A stretch of DNA of 62,997 bases, filler included, from Conidiobolus incongruus B7586 (lineage: Eukaryota), in the NCBI GenBank assembly GCA_000697335.1. It is 3 parts of 3 records of this genome, joined end to end, with 100 filler letters (N's around TTAATTAATTAA, not from the genome) between each part and the next. Parts side by side here need not be neighbours in the genome. Positions count along the whole stretch, not along the records: positions 24,266 to 42,336 come from JNEM01006063.1; positions 42,437 to 62,997 come from JNEM01006066.1; 1 more part is not named here. The stretch is one strand, 5' to 3'. A program made the position numbers and the translations under genes. Below are positions 37,304-51,795 of the stretch, one piece after another (positions within the stretch are counted from its first letter, which is position 1; each line of letters begins with the position of its first letter). The notes under the pieces are model-generated. The model ran no database searches and was not told the origin of the DNA. It worked only from the letters and a program-made list of their open reading frames with translations.

Positions 37304-40300
37304 GGCGAATATTTAAACAAGTGATAATAAGATAAATATAAGTAAATAGATAATCAGTAGACCAACACAGCAATTATTGAATGTTTATAAAAATTATCCT
37401 AATGGATATTTCTTTTTTGATCAATTTTTAAGAATATTTAACTAAAAGCAAAGTTCAAGTTGTATAATATATAGATAGAGAGCGAATAAAAATAAAGGCT
37501 ACCAAAATCAAAAGAAAATTGATTATTGGAAGAAATAGTTCAAGGAATTGGTAAGTTTCTAGTTATTTATAGTTTCTTTTCGATGATTTAAGAATTGTGT
37601 TTGACCAAGTGTTTGGCAACTACAGATAATGTAACAGCAGTCTCAATTCAGAAAATCTTCCTTACTTCATAAATTTTAGCTTCCAAGCGGAAAGTTAGGA
37701 GTGGAGGTTTCAGATAAAAAAGTGGTCACTTTCTCTCATTTTCATTGGCCTATTCGTTTTAGAAACTGGATAATTTAATTTTATTGAATTTGATTCATTT
37801 TAATTTAAATTTAATTGGTATAAATAGTTTAAATCAGCCAATCAACTTTATTGATATTAAAACCGTTATAACTAACCTAACTCATGTTGATTAAATTTTA
37901 AATCAATAAAATAAGACTAATTGTGAGTAAAAATCGTGGTTTGATCTTCAACAAGTTTTTAAACATAAGATAGATATGAAATCAAAGTAATTTACTCTTT
38001 TTGTAAAGCTGAGAATTAATATCCGAATCATGCTAAATTGTATGTAATCTCTCATTTTGGTAGAATGTTTTTTATCATCAATAAATGATAGTAATATATT
38101 ATGACTCATTTCAATCAATTTTACTTCTAAAAGAACATTTTCAACTTTAAATGCGGTATAAATTGAATAATATCCAATATACTCAATTTCAGCTCTGTTA
38201 ATATTCAAATTAAGAAATATAAATTTAATATCTGTGATAGAATTTCCTAAAGGAGCTTTTTGATATATGATTGTATCAAAATGATATGCGTAATATCACT
38301 TATTGTCATATTCTAAATTTTAAAATATTCAAAACATTCATATTTCATTAATATCTAAACGCTGCAAATATTATAACATTAATATTCTAATTCTAAATTG
38401 AATAAAGCACAATATCAAATCATTTATCTTTATATATCATTGATTCTGTTGTATTCATTTGAAATAAACATCTATTTAAAAAATTAATAATATCAATTCA
38501 ACCATATACATTAATATTGAATATTTAGTCTCCAGCCAATTAAGTAAAATTTTAGTTTTCTTAGCATTTTATCATTTAAAAGCAAATATCAAAATGATGT
38601 CGAATTATCAATTATACTGGAATCTGTTATATTAAATATTTGGATCGACATTATTTTGAACAGTATCAATTTAATATGATATTTTAGTTTTTTTGTTGTT
38701 TTAACCAATGAAATTGAAGAAATTGTCATCTATAATATTAAAATTGATTTTGATCAAAATAAAAAATTTGCCAATACTTAATAAAAAGAAATATTTCTCT
38801 CGAATAAATTAACTATGCATACAGTCTTATTAATATTATTCATTTTGAATTGAAGAATTGGTCGAAAATTTTGTTCAAACAAATTAATATTTAGCTTTAT
38901 AGTTTAACACAGACTAAAACAAGCTATTCCACTTTGTGAGCTTAATTAAAGACGTATGATTATATCGAATTTAAATATAATGTTTCATTGTTACATTTAG
39001 TATTATTTATTGATTTATTTCTTTGGATAATATATTCATTTGACTAATTTTTTTCTTCATTGGATGTTTCAATACTAATTTATTAACGATATTACTAAGC
39101 TCAAAAATATATTGTCGTAAATTAAAGCCACATTTATATATGCTAATGATGGTTTTGATTAATAAAAACTTGACCTAAAGGTTTTTTTATTTTGCAAACA
39201 AATATAATTTTATAATTATATTATTAGTAGTTTTAATAGGTATTCTAAATTAAATAATTATAAAAGAAACGAACTAATAGATATTAATATATACTTTAAC
39301 CATATTTATAATTATCTTAATTATGCATCTTTTATATTTAATAAATTATAATAATATTTGGCAATAATAAAATTATTCAAAATTTATCAAATTATAAATC
39401 TTTCACAAATAAAATATAGATTAGTTTGAAAAATTTAAATATGCATAATTTGAAAATTGTGATTAAAAATAGGAAAATATTTTTTGTTTTTATACGAATA
39501 TATATATTCAATGAACTAAATATTGCAAATATTATGAATTTGAGCATTCTATTCAAATTATTAATTCAATTTAAGTGAAGGATCCCACAATTTGAAATTA
39601 TCAAAATTTTAAATAATTAAATAATATCAAATTCAAATTTGAACATATTAATTTAGTTTGTTCAAGTTTAGCAATTTGAGCATTCTAATTGATCAGGTTA
39701 TATAATACTGTATCAACCACATTTGATGTTCACTATACATCTTTCAGGTGAGTATCCTTTATGCAATTTATTAGTATTGTAATAGGATGAACTTTTTATT
39801 TTTTCAGTTATCCCTGACAGAAAAACTCATTACATTGTTGATAATTTCTTTCTGATACTTATTTTATATTAAAATTAATCATTTTATAGCTCTGTAACTA
39901 ACATGTATCGTTTATTAGGTGAGTGATATCAATAGCTTGATATTTTGTATTCAGCTTTATTTGTATTTTATAAGGTAATAAATTTTCTTCAAGTCAATTA
40001 AAGTTTATGATGAAAATCAATACTTTATAACTGTCAATCCTCTGACGATTGTTGAGTTTATTCATCATGTTGATATTTTAATAAAGCTGATCATTTTATA
40101 ATATAAATTTATATTAACCTTTATCGAGTATTTTACTAATTATTTTTATTATTAGGTTTTTAATACTTAATTGAACAAATTTTTAAAGTAAGTTGATGTT
40201 TAAATTATACTTTGTTTATTGTATGATGAACTCCAAAAGACATTTGCACGTCAGTCTTAATTATCATGTAGACTAAATATATCTATGCTCAAATTCCTGA

Positions 40301-40869
40301 TTTTTCATTTTTTACTATTATATTATAATATCAACACAGTTTGCTAATCTTTTGTTCAATTTTAGGTTTTCAAGAATTTTTTGTACTATTATTGGTTTTG
40401 CATTCAATATTCAATAAATTTACATTATCTCATGAATCTTAACGATAATTTTCTTTTTCCTTTTATTTCAAATTCTTCTCTCTATAGTATTTTTATTTCA
40501 TACTATGATATTTTTTAACTTTTGGTATTTCTTGCAAGATTTTCCATTCAAATTTCCAAAAATCTGCTATTTTTATTCACTTTCCATTTTATATGATTAT
40601 TTAAAATTCATATGTTAATAGTGAGAGAGAAATTTTCTTTATAGTTTTATATATATTTGAAGATAATCCTATCATGATAAGGGCAATTTGTTTTAATTTT
40701 ACACCTTTGATTATTTGATCAAATATATGAATCAAATATATATTCATTATTAAAACATTCATTAAGATAATCCCATAAATTGAAAAATAATAATTAAATT
40801 ATTTAAAATTTTTTATGAAAAAAAATCCTAATTGTATCAAAAAATATTTAATCAATAAAATTATTAAAA

Positions 40870-42024
40870 ATGCTTAGATTAGCGTAAGTTTATTAATTTA
40901 AAAATAATTTAATTATTTTAATTTTTAATTAATTGATTTTATTCTTTAGTAAACCTAAGAACGCTCGCTCAAAAAGATTTTTAGAGAATAGAGAGCCTAA
41001 AGTAATTGAAAATGTTAAAACTTGTATTTTTGTTAAGGGTAGTACTACTAGTCAAGTAGTCAATGATGCTTTAGCCGATTTGGTAATATTCATATTATTA
41101 ATCGAAATATATTTTACTCATTTCTTATTATAGTATCATTTAAAAAAACCTGATGCCGTCAATTTTAGCAAAAAGAATGATATTCACCCCTTCGACGACG
41201 AAACTTCCGTTGAATTCTTTTCTCAAAAGAATGATGCTTCCTTCCTCGTAGTTGGTAATCACTCCAAGAAGAGACCTCATAACCTTACTTTTATCAGAAT
41301 GTTTGATTATCATATAATGGATATGATTGAAGTTGGAATTACTAGAAGCATTTCTTTAAAGGAATTTAGTGTAATTTTATAATATTTTTTTAGATATCAT
41401 GTAATATTAATAGTATTAATTTCAGGCTCCTAAATGTGCCATTGGTATGAAGCCTTGCTTTTTATTTAATGGTGAGGAATGGGAACAAGTTGAAGAATTA
41501 ATCAAATTTAAGAATATGATCATTGACTTATACCACGGTCAAGTTGCCGATAGTGTCAATTTGGCTGGTTTAGAACATGTTATTGTTCTCACTGTCGGTC
41601 CTCCTGCTCAAGCTGGTGGTTTAGGTACCGTATTATTCAGAACTTATAGTATTCAATTGAAGAAATCTGGTACACGTTTACCTAGAGTTGAACTTGAAGA
41701 AATGGGCCCCAGTTTTGATTTTGTAATTAGACGTACGAGATTCGCCCCTCCTGATGTTTGGAAGGCTGCTACCAGAGTTCCCAAAGAACTCCAGGTAATT
41801 ATCCATTTATTTTCTAATACTTTTTGATGTAACTAATGAACGAATCTACAATATTTTAGCCCAAGAAAAAGAAGAACATTACACATGATGATTTGGGTGA
41901 TAACTATGGCCGTGTACATATGGAAAAACAAGATTTCAGTCAACTTCAAACTCGTAAGATGAAAGGTCTTAAGAAGAGTCTAGATCAACCCGAAGATGAT
42001 GACGATGAAGAAGATGAAGAATAG
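40870..42024 (+). CDS. RPF2: Ribosome biogenesis Brix-domain protein Rpf2 (5 exons)
   Basis: MLRLA/KPKNARSKRFLENREPK, HPFDD, HSKKRPHNL, LPRVELEEMGP, LQTRKMKGLK. Confidence 0.95.
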
Positions 42025-42336
42025 ACTACAAGCGTATAATATGATTCATAGATATTTATAGATTTGATGAATAGTCTATTGACTCTTCAGACCTCTTACC
42101 TAATAATATATTATAAATTTATATAATTAAAGCTGTACTTGAATTTAATTACTCTTTCCATAATGTTCAATACTTTAATTAAATTTTCAATTTTATTAAT
42201 ATCAATATGAATTAAGTGTTATAGATACATAATTATTACAATGATTTGTGTCGATTAAAATAATTAATACCCAGTCATAAAATTCGATACATTTATAATA
42301 TGTATTATATTCATATTGTATCCCAATAATCTGTAG

Positions 42337-42436
42337 NNNNNNNNNNNNNNNNNNNNNNNNNNNNNNNNNNNNNNNNNNNNTTAATTAATTAANNNNNNNN
42401 NNNNNNNNNNNNNNNNNNNNNNNNNNNNNNNNNNNN
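42337..42436. other. Scaffold gap with artificial linker (N44-TTAATTAATTAA-N44)
   Basis: Same structure as the gap at 24166; linker at 42381-42392. Confidence 0.97.
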
Positions 42437-42995
42437 TATGACTAATTTTTATAAGTTGATATATCTAGTTTATTTAGTTTTATCTTAAAATTTAATATTA
42501 TTTAATAAGATCATAATTGATTCTTATATTTTGGATATAATATTATATTTAAAATTATTTATATTATATTAAACATAAAAATAATATATTATATATTATA
42601 ATATATAAATATTTTTATTGCAAATAATAAAGTAAATAAGCTTTGAATAAATAATGATATATATTCTTATCATCAATAATAATCCTAAAAATATTATAAA
42701 TGATTACATATATAAATATAATAATATTCCTTTGAATTTTAGAATTTTTGTAATTTAATAAAATTGAAAATTTAATAAGAAATTATATAGATATAAAGGA
42801 AAAAAATTTTAATAGAAATTTACAAAAAAGGATGAAGAATTGAATTAAAAAGATTTAAAATCAACATAATATAGAAAAGATGAAAAGTTATTAAATAAAA
42901 ATATAAAAATTAAAATATAATGAGAATGATATTGAAATTTGTAATAATAAACATTTATATTAAAGATTTTAATTTTACTTGAGAAGTCATTAGCA

Positions 42996-43069
42996 GCTCC
43001 CATAGCTCAGTTGGTTAGAGCGTGGTGCTAATAACGCCAAGGTCACAGGTTCGATCCCTGTTGGGAGCA
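42996..43069 (+). tRNA. tRNA-Ile(AAT), intronless
   Basis: Acceptor stem GCTCCCA/TGGGAGC plus discriminator A; D arm GCTC-AGTTGGTTA-GAGC; anticodon stem TGGTG/CGCCA with loop CTAATAA (AAT at 43030-43032); T arm with GGTTCGATCC. Confidence 0.97.
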
Positions 43070-43414
43070 CTTAAACTTTTATCTAAGTATATGTATTATT
43101 ATTTTTATTCAATACACTTAGTGATAATTTAAATCCATTTATTATAATAATAAATTTAAACTAGGTAAAGTTTTTATAATAGTTAAACTTTTATCATTAA
43201 ATTTTTTTTTCTTTCAACAATTGTTTTTTAAAATAATTGTAATTATTAAATATTATATACATTATTTCAATTTTTTTCACATAATTTAATTAACTCTATT
43301 CTCACTAAATTATCCCAAAATTTAACACTTATTATTGTGAGACTATTATTCAATCTAAAACACCTCACTACCTTAACAAATTATTCAAAATTCACTACAT
43401 TAAATAAAAAAATT

Positions 43415-44650
43415 ATGACAACTAGAAATCGTACACTATTATTCAATCAATTTCGTAAAAGTTTATTACCTAATAACAATAGTATATTTAATGAAGATTC
43501 TAATACCCTTGAAAAGCAAAATTTATTGAGTGTAGAACCGAGTAAAAGTAATGAGACTAGAGAATTTGAAATTATTGAGATGGGTGTACTACCGCCAAAA
43601 TGGTAATAATTATTTTATTTACTAGTAGTAATATTTATTTATGTTTACTATAGGGTTGATATTAAAGAAGAAGTAATTCTAAATTCAATATTATTAAAAT
43701 TCATAAATTAAATGATTTTTAGGTTCAAGATGAGATATCTCAAATTAAAACTAATAGTAAATATAACCTTGAAAAAAAACACTTATTATATCATATAAAT
43801 TAATTTTGTATAGTGAAAAAATTAGAAAACTTATATAAAAACAGATTGCTGCCCGGATTTCACGACAGGAGCAACGAAGAAAAATTAATTGAACAGTTGA
43901 CGGAGTACATCACTTCAGTAAGTGCACTATTTTACTATTAGAACTAATATTAATCTAGTGATAGCAATTCTATAAAACCCAAAGCAAAATCAAGCAACTC
44001 ACTTTTGAAATTACGGGTAGTGGTACGAATAATGAAACAATTTGTAAAAATGTTCAAATTAGCTGTGCTTTGAAATTGCAGGAGATTTCGAATCAGTTTA
44101 AGAGTGTTCAAAGTAATTATTTGCAAAGTAAGTATTGATATCATTGTAGGAATATGTGATTAATTTAGGGTTGTAGAGATTAAGTCGAGAGAAACTGTTG
44201 TGAATAGTGTGGAATTCGATAATGAAGTACAAGAATTCGAATTGGAAGTAAGTTTAATATAGCTTAATATAATTTATAGATATTTTGATAGATTAATCAA
44301 TTTAGAGCTCGATTAAGCAGACCCAAGGCCAAAAACAAATAATTAAAAATCAAAATTACGAATTAATTCAACAGCGTGAGAGGGAAATAGATGAAATTGC
44401 GAAGAGTATAGGTCAACTGGCTGAAATTTTCAAAAGTTTATCCACTCTGGTTATCGATCAAGGTACGTTGATAGATCGGATTGATTACAACGTGGAGCAA
44501 ATGAATGCCAATATATCTTCAGCCGTTACAGAATTGCATCAGGCAGTGGGGTACCAAAGGAGTCGAGGAGGCAAGATGTGCATTATGCTTTTAGTAGGTC
44601 TCATTGGACTGTTGATTATTTTGTTAATATATAAGGGCATTAGAAGATAA
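43415..44650 (+). CDS. TLG2: Syntaxin-16/Tlg2 t-SNARE, multi-exon including a 19-nt exon (43654-43672)
   Basis: N-peptide MTTRNRTLLFNQFR, LPPKW/VD, LLPGFHDR, SNARE motif REREIDEIAKSI...VIDQGTLIDRIDYNVE, C-terminal transmembrane helix. Confidence 0.92.
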
Positions 44651-44954
44651 TGTTATTTATAAAGTTTCATTTGGATATTTTTCTTATGAGCATTCATCAT
44701 TTTTTCAACTAATGAATAAAATCATTTTAATTAATATAAAAATATTATTAAAAATGGTTTAAACATTGGATTATTGATATAGTATCCTAAATGTCAACCA
44801 AATAATTATTAAATCCTGTTATTTTGAATAATTAAATATTTTGACCAATATTCTTTTTATTTTTTCTAATAATAAAAACTATTGAAATTATTGATACTAG
44901 AATCATTAAATTCAGTTCAATTTTAAAAAATTAAATTATAATTATACTTAACAA

Positions 44955-44956
<2 letters not shown>

Positions 44957-44986
<30 letters not shown>
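44957..44986. repeat. (AT)15 microsatellite
   Basis: Direct read. Confidence 0.95.
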
Positions 44987-44990
<4 letters not shown>

Positions 44991-46084
44991 TGAATCAACT
45001 GATTATATTTTGAAAGAATTAGACAATATTTTAATATAATATTTTATGGTTAGCCGACTATATTGAAATGTTTACTATTCAAATTCATAATTATTAACTA
45101 TAATTTTTTTGTTATTTGGTATTGTTTGATTTAGAATCCAATTGAAAATATTGACAAAAATCGTAGTTAAAATATGATTTAGTTTATTGGATTATTTTAT
45201 TATAAGCAATCATTAGAATATATATATATATATTTCATTCGTGACTTGAATATTTTCAATCAATAAACATTTTGATAATGATAATTATAATTGAAATAAA
45301 CATATTTTTAATATTAGTTATTAAATTAAATAAATTGTTGAATATTCGGGTGTTGATTATAATATTTTTGAACATGTTTTATGTGTTATATAAATTGATA
45401 CAAACAAATTTTAATATATTTTTTGTTTATATGTCATTTGCCTTTTGAATTGCATAAATCAAGAATTATATAACGAATCAATCTAAACCATCGATGCAAA
45501 AACAGCAATAAGCTAATTATTTTTACATTTGTTTCATTATATCATTATACTCGTAGTTTTATATACTATCATAATCATAATCTCAATCAATATCACAGTT
45601 GATTATCAAATTAATCAATACATTAAAATCCACCAATGTCAAGTGACTTGGATGTATGAAATAGGAATAGAATGGGATAGGAGTTGGGATTTTGAATTCG
45701 ATCATGTGTTCTTTTTAATGTTGCATTCACAGATTTAAATCAATATAGTAGTAATGTAAAATTAAATTTTGGATATAGTATGAATTCAGTTCAAAATAGT
45801 TTTAAAAATTGATGAATTTAGATCAACTTGATTTTACTAGGTATAAACTATTCAATCTATAATACCAATAATGATTTCTGATGATTCCTGAATCAATATT
45901 CGACGATTTTCAAAAATTTATTTAATGCTCCATTTTGTATTTATAAAATTCATGAAATAATAATTATCACTGCAATCAATTTAAATTGGATCCAATCCCC
46001 CAATTCCAATCAACTTTAACATTTAGTATAAATAACTTACATCTTCCCAAGCTTTGGATACTATTTCCAAATAATTAAATAATA

Positions 46085-47432
46085 ATGCCAGTAGTAATTA
46101 AACAAGAATCCTACTTTGAAAGATTTTTGAATACACCTATTAATCTTATTAATAATTTTATCGAAGATTTAAACTGTTGGGATTGGGATAGCATTGGCGA
46201 CAAACTTAGGTAATTTTCATTTGAACATTTATTTATGAGATATTCATTTGGGTTAGTGTGCCCGTAGGTATAAGTTGTAACTTTATCCTATTTCTATTCG
46301 CTATTGGTAGGATTAATGACACCGACAATTTGTCGAGTTCCGAATCTTTGACTTGGAATCAATTGTTTCAATTTGACAGTTTTAACCATTGGGTAAACTT
46401 CCAAATTACTATTATTATATCTTAAATCTGACTCCAAATTAGCTTCAACTCTTGGAATATCTATTAATTGGTGGAAGTTTTCTCAACTGGATTAACCTTA
46501 TTTATTTTAATTTTAAATTTTATCAATTATTTTTTGGTAAAATAGACGATTTAGTAACCATCCTTAGGATTATAATATCTATAGAAATATTAATTGGAGT
46601 TTAGGAAATTTTTTTAAATCAGCATACGGAACTGAGATCAATTTTTGATCGTAAACCTTGGTGGGGCGACCGCTGGTGGGGAAGATGGCTGTAAGTTATT
46701 TTGGATAATATTATTTACTAAATTTTAATGCAATACTTAGTTATAATTTGGTTAAGGAGTACTTACCCAAGGGAGGACCCGAAGTAATTCATTTAAAAAT
46801 TTGGAATTTTAATAAATTTCAATTGAACTTAGCTTGGTAATTCATTATTTATTGCTTTCACGCCAAATTGTTACTAATCTCAAATCAGTCTATTTTCTCC
46901 TCCCAGTGTCCTTATCATGTACAATCTCACCTACACGAATTGGTATTATTTAACATTTATTAGTATACTTATCAGCGTTCAGGTAATTTCCTCCTTCCCC
47001 AATTTTTATTCTCGATCACTACTAAGCATTCGATAGAATTGGATCCTTAAAAACCAATTCCTACAACTTCTGAAGGACAAACAGCTGATTTACAGTCAAC
47101 TGATGAATGAATACAATACCAAATTTGTGAATAATTTCTTCAAGTTAAAGTTGGATCGAGCTTGTCAAACTGAAGATCTTGATAATGATTACGATGGCGA
47201 ATCTGTCGTCAATAGAAAGTAAGTGCTACTAAGTTTTGGAATGTTGATTGGTAACTGATATGAAATGTTAGGAATTCTATAGATTCTTGTAGAGCTAAAG
47301 AACCATCAGGTAAATATTATTTTTAAACCAGTGCTAGTAGTTATTAATGTTCATATAGATTTTGATATGAGTAATTCAAGTTTAAAGCAACGATCTCCTG
47401 ATAATCCTTTTCAATCTGGTAGATATTATTAA
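46085..47432 (+). CDS. Nuclear rim protein Nur1/Mug154 family, multi-exon; absent from ORF track
   Basis: MPVVIKQESYFERFLNTP...WDWDS; hydrophobic exons; HLKIWNFNKFQLNLAC/LFSPP; QFLQLLKDKQLIYSQLMNEYNTKFV matches the family's C-terminal motif. 3' exons are less certain. Confidence 0.72.
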
Positions 47433-48106
47433 TTCTCTTAACATAAACAATTTCATAAAATAAATCAATCCTAAATTAATTTTTAGTAATTATGATCCAT
47501 TAGGCTATTTGATAAAAATCAATTTTTTTAAATTCAACTACCTAATATTTCAGCATTTGATTGGAATTATTATAATCAATAGTTATAATTCAAATTATAA
47601 CAATAGAATAATAGTTATTGGATTGATCAAATTGAGATCGCTAGTTAATTTTAATTTTAATTAATTATCTTTGTTGTAATACTCTGTTATTTACAGTTCC
47701 TAAAGTTTTGGCATGGTTAAAATTGATATTGATATTTGTATCATTGGAAATCATTTTTAAAACAAATAAAGCGAATGAATTTTTAAATAGTAATCAGCTA
47801 AAGTAATGTATATGAACTAAGAGGAAGATGTTATTACCACAAATTTTTCTGTTTTTATACCATGGAGATGATTGCTAAAACATTTGTTGTCCTTATCAAA
47901 GCAACATCTATTAATAGGAACTCCCATGATTTAGTGACTTATATACCCAACAATCTTAATATCAAATTTTGTAAAAATAGGATATAATTGAATTTTCATT
48001 TAATATTTTATTCGAATATTAGAAGTTGTTTATTAATTGAAGCTAATAATTAAAATGGCCAATACCGCATAAATGAATCCATAATCAATTTTTCAAATAT
48101 AATAAT

Positions 48107-49516
48107 TTAATTATGTCTTGGAAAGTGACCACTTTTGCGTCCGTGTCTCATAGAGTTACCTGAGTCGCGATCACCTTTTTTGACACTTTCCCGCATTTGG
48201 CGATAGTTCTCCTTGACAATCAACTACTTAAATTTAATAATTGTATAAGCAATTAATGACGAAAAAACCTACCGTAGATAGATGCGTCATGCCTTTGGTA
48301 ATAGCTGTCAAATAATTGACCAAAAGAGTGTCTGAATATTCCTAAATCATAGTTAAATAAATATCGCTGAAAATCTGAAAATGAATTTACATTTAATAAA
48401 ACCGTATCAACAGTTGCCAATTCGTCAGTCTTAGGCAATTGGTCCACCAGGTTTTTGATTTGATTAAGGATGTAGGCATTGGCATCGAGTTCACCTGAAA
48501 ATATGATTCAGGTTGTGTAATCTAGTAGGACTATCGAGAAAATTACCTTGTTTCACGGAATTCAAGTATTGGATCAAGTACTTCAATTTGGATTTTAGGA
48601 GGTTGACAGCGTGGAGTTGGGAAGTGAAATAGTTGATACCTAATGACCATATTGACAAACATATTAAATGAAGAATATATGAAGCAAATTACCCGAATTA
48701 AACTCAGTTTCTCCCACTTTCTTGACATCCTTAGCTTCTTCGTAAGCTTTGTGGGCGTCAATAGCCTTTTCCTTGGACCAGTCAACGGCGATGAATTCCA
48801 TGGAGTCGGACGCAATTTCGTACCTCTGAACCTGCAGCCATTTGGATGTGTCACTATCGCCGTATCCCCCGGCTTCCCACGCACTCAGCGGCAAATTCGT
48901 GCGATTGTTCATGCTCTTCACATCTTTGGCCCCTTGGATCATTTTAGGAATATCTACAAGTAAGAGTAGGGGATTCTCGATTTTGGATTGGATCTAAATC
49001 CTATTAATACCAATCTAAATTTGATAAGTGAAATTTACTTGTTTTTGAATGTCCCAACACTCACCAGTTGGTAAATTTCCTATATAGTACCAGCCTAAAT
49101 GCTCAAGGTCTGGCAATATCTGTTTCACTACACTAACATTAATAACTACCGCAGATATTTTTGAAAGTTATTTACTTTGGTCCTTCCTATTGCTGAAAAA
49201 TTCTTGATCGATGGTGACTCCATCATCGTGAAATTTCAACTCATAACTCGTAACAATATTCATCAGGGGCCCTGATTGCGAGCCTAGTAGTACACCTAAT
49301 ACTGCCGAATTGTTAATAAATAAAAATAGAGATTTGAGTGAATTGTTTACTTTGATTATGTTGCTGAGTTGTTTGAAACTGTAGGCGTGTGAAGTGGTCC
49401 ACGATATTGATAAGAGGTAAAGGATGACTATTTTTGTATTAGTATAAAATTAAAATGTTTATAAAATGTATTTACATTAGTAGTTTTAACTCGGAATGGG
49501 ATTGACTATTTGACAT
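48107..49516 (-). CDS. CSN6: COP9 signalosome subunit 6 (non-catalytic MPN domain), multi-exon
   Basis: HPLPLINIVDHFTR, GVLLGSQ...IVTSYE, QILPDLEHLGWY, EFIAVD. eIF3f and Rpn8 are related MPN proteins, but the motifs fit CSN6 better. Confidence 0.72.
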
Positions 49517-49901
49517 TTTTTAGATTACGTCGATCAAAGTGACTTGATGATAGAGAAAATTTATTATCATGAATTTGAAGAAAGGGAAATTTGATTTATG
49601 GGATTTAATCTCAGAAATGTAATAATTTAATAAATATTCTATGATTTCATCATCAATAAAAAATGGTTTTATATAAAAAATAGAAAATTTCTAAATTTTT
49701 CAAATTTTTCTAATTCAAATTGAATATACTAAAATGAATCATCTGAATATATTTATAGTTCAATTAAAAAAACAGCAGTATTAGAAAATTCGTTGTATTG
49801 GGTTGAATCCCACAATTTTTCAATTTAAATTAAATATTTAAATAGATTATATTCAAGTTGCCTAAAGCAAGATTCTTTTATAATAAATTAAATACTAAAT
49901 A

Positions 49902-50397
49902 ATGGGCAAAAAGAGTAACCAATACCAAAAATCATATTAAAAATAATTTAATATTTGAATTACTTAGGAAGAAACAATCCTAAACTCGGATACCTAGAAA
50001 AATTGGAACAAGCACAACAGAACACTATTGAGGTGAAGTTGCCATTTTCCGACAAGGCTTTGGGCATTGGAAGTGAAAACAAGACAAACAGTAATGAAAT
50101 AATTCTAAAAATATTATTACAATCCATTAACGAAGATTAGGTAATCCTGATGCTATTTCGAATTTGACCAAGGAGTTCCAACTGCCGCCCCATATGAAAC
50201 CCACCTTGCATACTTCTATATCGTTAGGAGTGAGTCAAAAATCGAAGGCTAGTACCAAGACGAGTAAGAAGATGAACGCAAAAAAAGCCAAAATGTTGGA
50301 GAAAGCTATGAACCGAGCGGATCAAATCGAGGGCAAGGTGCAAAAGAGAGAAAGCAAGAATATAGTTAAGGATAATATGAAAAAAATTTGGGATTAG
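49902..50397 (+). CDS. Small basic pre-60S factor, Alb1/Ecm1-like (3 exons)
   Basis: MGKK/RRNNPK...; C-terminus KKAKMLEKAMNRADQIEGKVQKRESK...KKIWD resembles the Alb1/Ecm1 tail. Confidence 0.55.
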
Positions 50398-50467
50398 TTT
50401 ATAGAGCGAGATAGATTATCATAAAGATTAATAAATCATTTTTATTGTTTATTTCAAAATTTTGTAT

Positions 50468-51292
50468 TTAATTGCCTAATAATTCACCTAAAATGGGATA
50501 TACTATAAATTTTGTAAGCAATTTGAATGCTGCAAAAATGAGACCAATGACTACTATGGGAGGTAGAATTAACCAGAGCCAAGTGGTTAGCATAGTTGGC
50601 ATTGACTGGTCAACGATGGTATCGACTTGGTGGTAAGTATTCTCCAAGGATCCACTGTTATCAATGACCCTTGTAGCCATCAATTTCTTAGTTTCAATAC
50701 TCAATTGAGAACTAATGCGGTCCTTGGCCTCTTGTTCCGAGTATTGGTTGCGTTCAATCAGACGTTGTAATTGTGTTGCTTCATCACTAAAAACAGCATT
50801 AATACCAATTCTCAAATATTTCATAAAGATGTTTACCAGTAAACTACCCATAATTCGCCCACAAACAGGTGAATCCCACTCTCAATCAACAATGGTGCAT
50901 CAATTACAACGCAAGGTTCGGCACTCCAGTAATATTTCAACAATCTTTTAACTATCTCTATCTTAATATACCAATGAGTGATTTTATTTAACTTCCTACG
51001 TTGTGCGGGGTTCTTGAATATGAAATCACCCAACTTTTCGCGGTTGAGACTGCCGTCGGAATGGAGGTAATCAGGACCAAACTCTTTGGAAATTTCATTT
51101 AAAGCGGGTTTGCCGGGTTCTACAACTTCGCGCGCGAGGAGATCACAATCAATGATGGGGATACCGAGCAGGGATAGCTTTTTGGAGACCGTAGTTTTGC
51201 CTGATATTGATATAGATTCAGTAAAATATTAGTGGTTTGTTGAAGGATTAATTACCTGTAGCAATACCTCCAGTTAATCCTATAATTTTCAT
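50468..51292 (-). CDS. CAB5: Dephospho-CoA kinase with C-terminal transmembrane helix (3 exons)
   Basis: MKIIGLTGGIAT/GKTTVS, IIDCDLLAREVVEPG, LNKITH, VIDAPLLIES, QLQRLIERN, RISSQ, VIDNSG. Confidence 0.93.
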
Positions 51293-51795
51293 AATTGATT
51301 GATTTTTGCTTTGCATAAATGACTTAGAGATGTGGAACTAAATAGTTTTATTCAAATTTATGGGATTGTAATAAATAAACAATTGAATGTGACTTAGATT
51401 TGAATTAATAACTAATTTATTTACATAAGTTCTTAAGAGAATTAACCTGTGATATAAATAATTGTAGATTAATTAAATCTAAACTCTGTTGAATCTTTCT
51501 GATATTTTCAATCGCACAAATAATTTTTTGATGTGTTTAAATTATTTCTCAAATATTTTTCACTTATCCAATAAGAAACACGGATACAATCGAAGATACA
51601 ATTAAATAGAGAAATGAACTGAATAATGTTTATATCTAAATTAGTACTTATTGTATAAAAAAGATGCAATCCTTGAAACCCAAAGGTTAGAGATAAATTT
51701 AATAAATAAAAATGAATTGAAATAATATTAATTCATTTATGGTATCACCATTAGATCATTCATAATTAATTTAGTGACCTTTATGTAAATTTTTA

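Noticed and set aside
37880..38800. Possible decayed F-box/LRR gene, and a 14-bp match (TCTGTGATAGAATT) to positions 11-24
   Set aside because: No sustained frame or convincing motif; a 14-mer match is expected by chance in 63 kb of AT-rich DNA.
19968..51292. Two CoA-pathway genes (PAN5, CAB5) in one window as a metabolic cluster
   Set aside because: About 30 kb apart, with many unrelated genes and two gaps in between.
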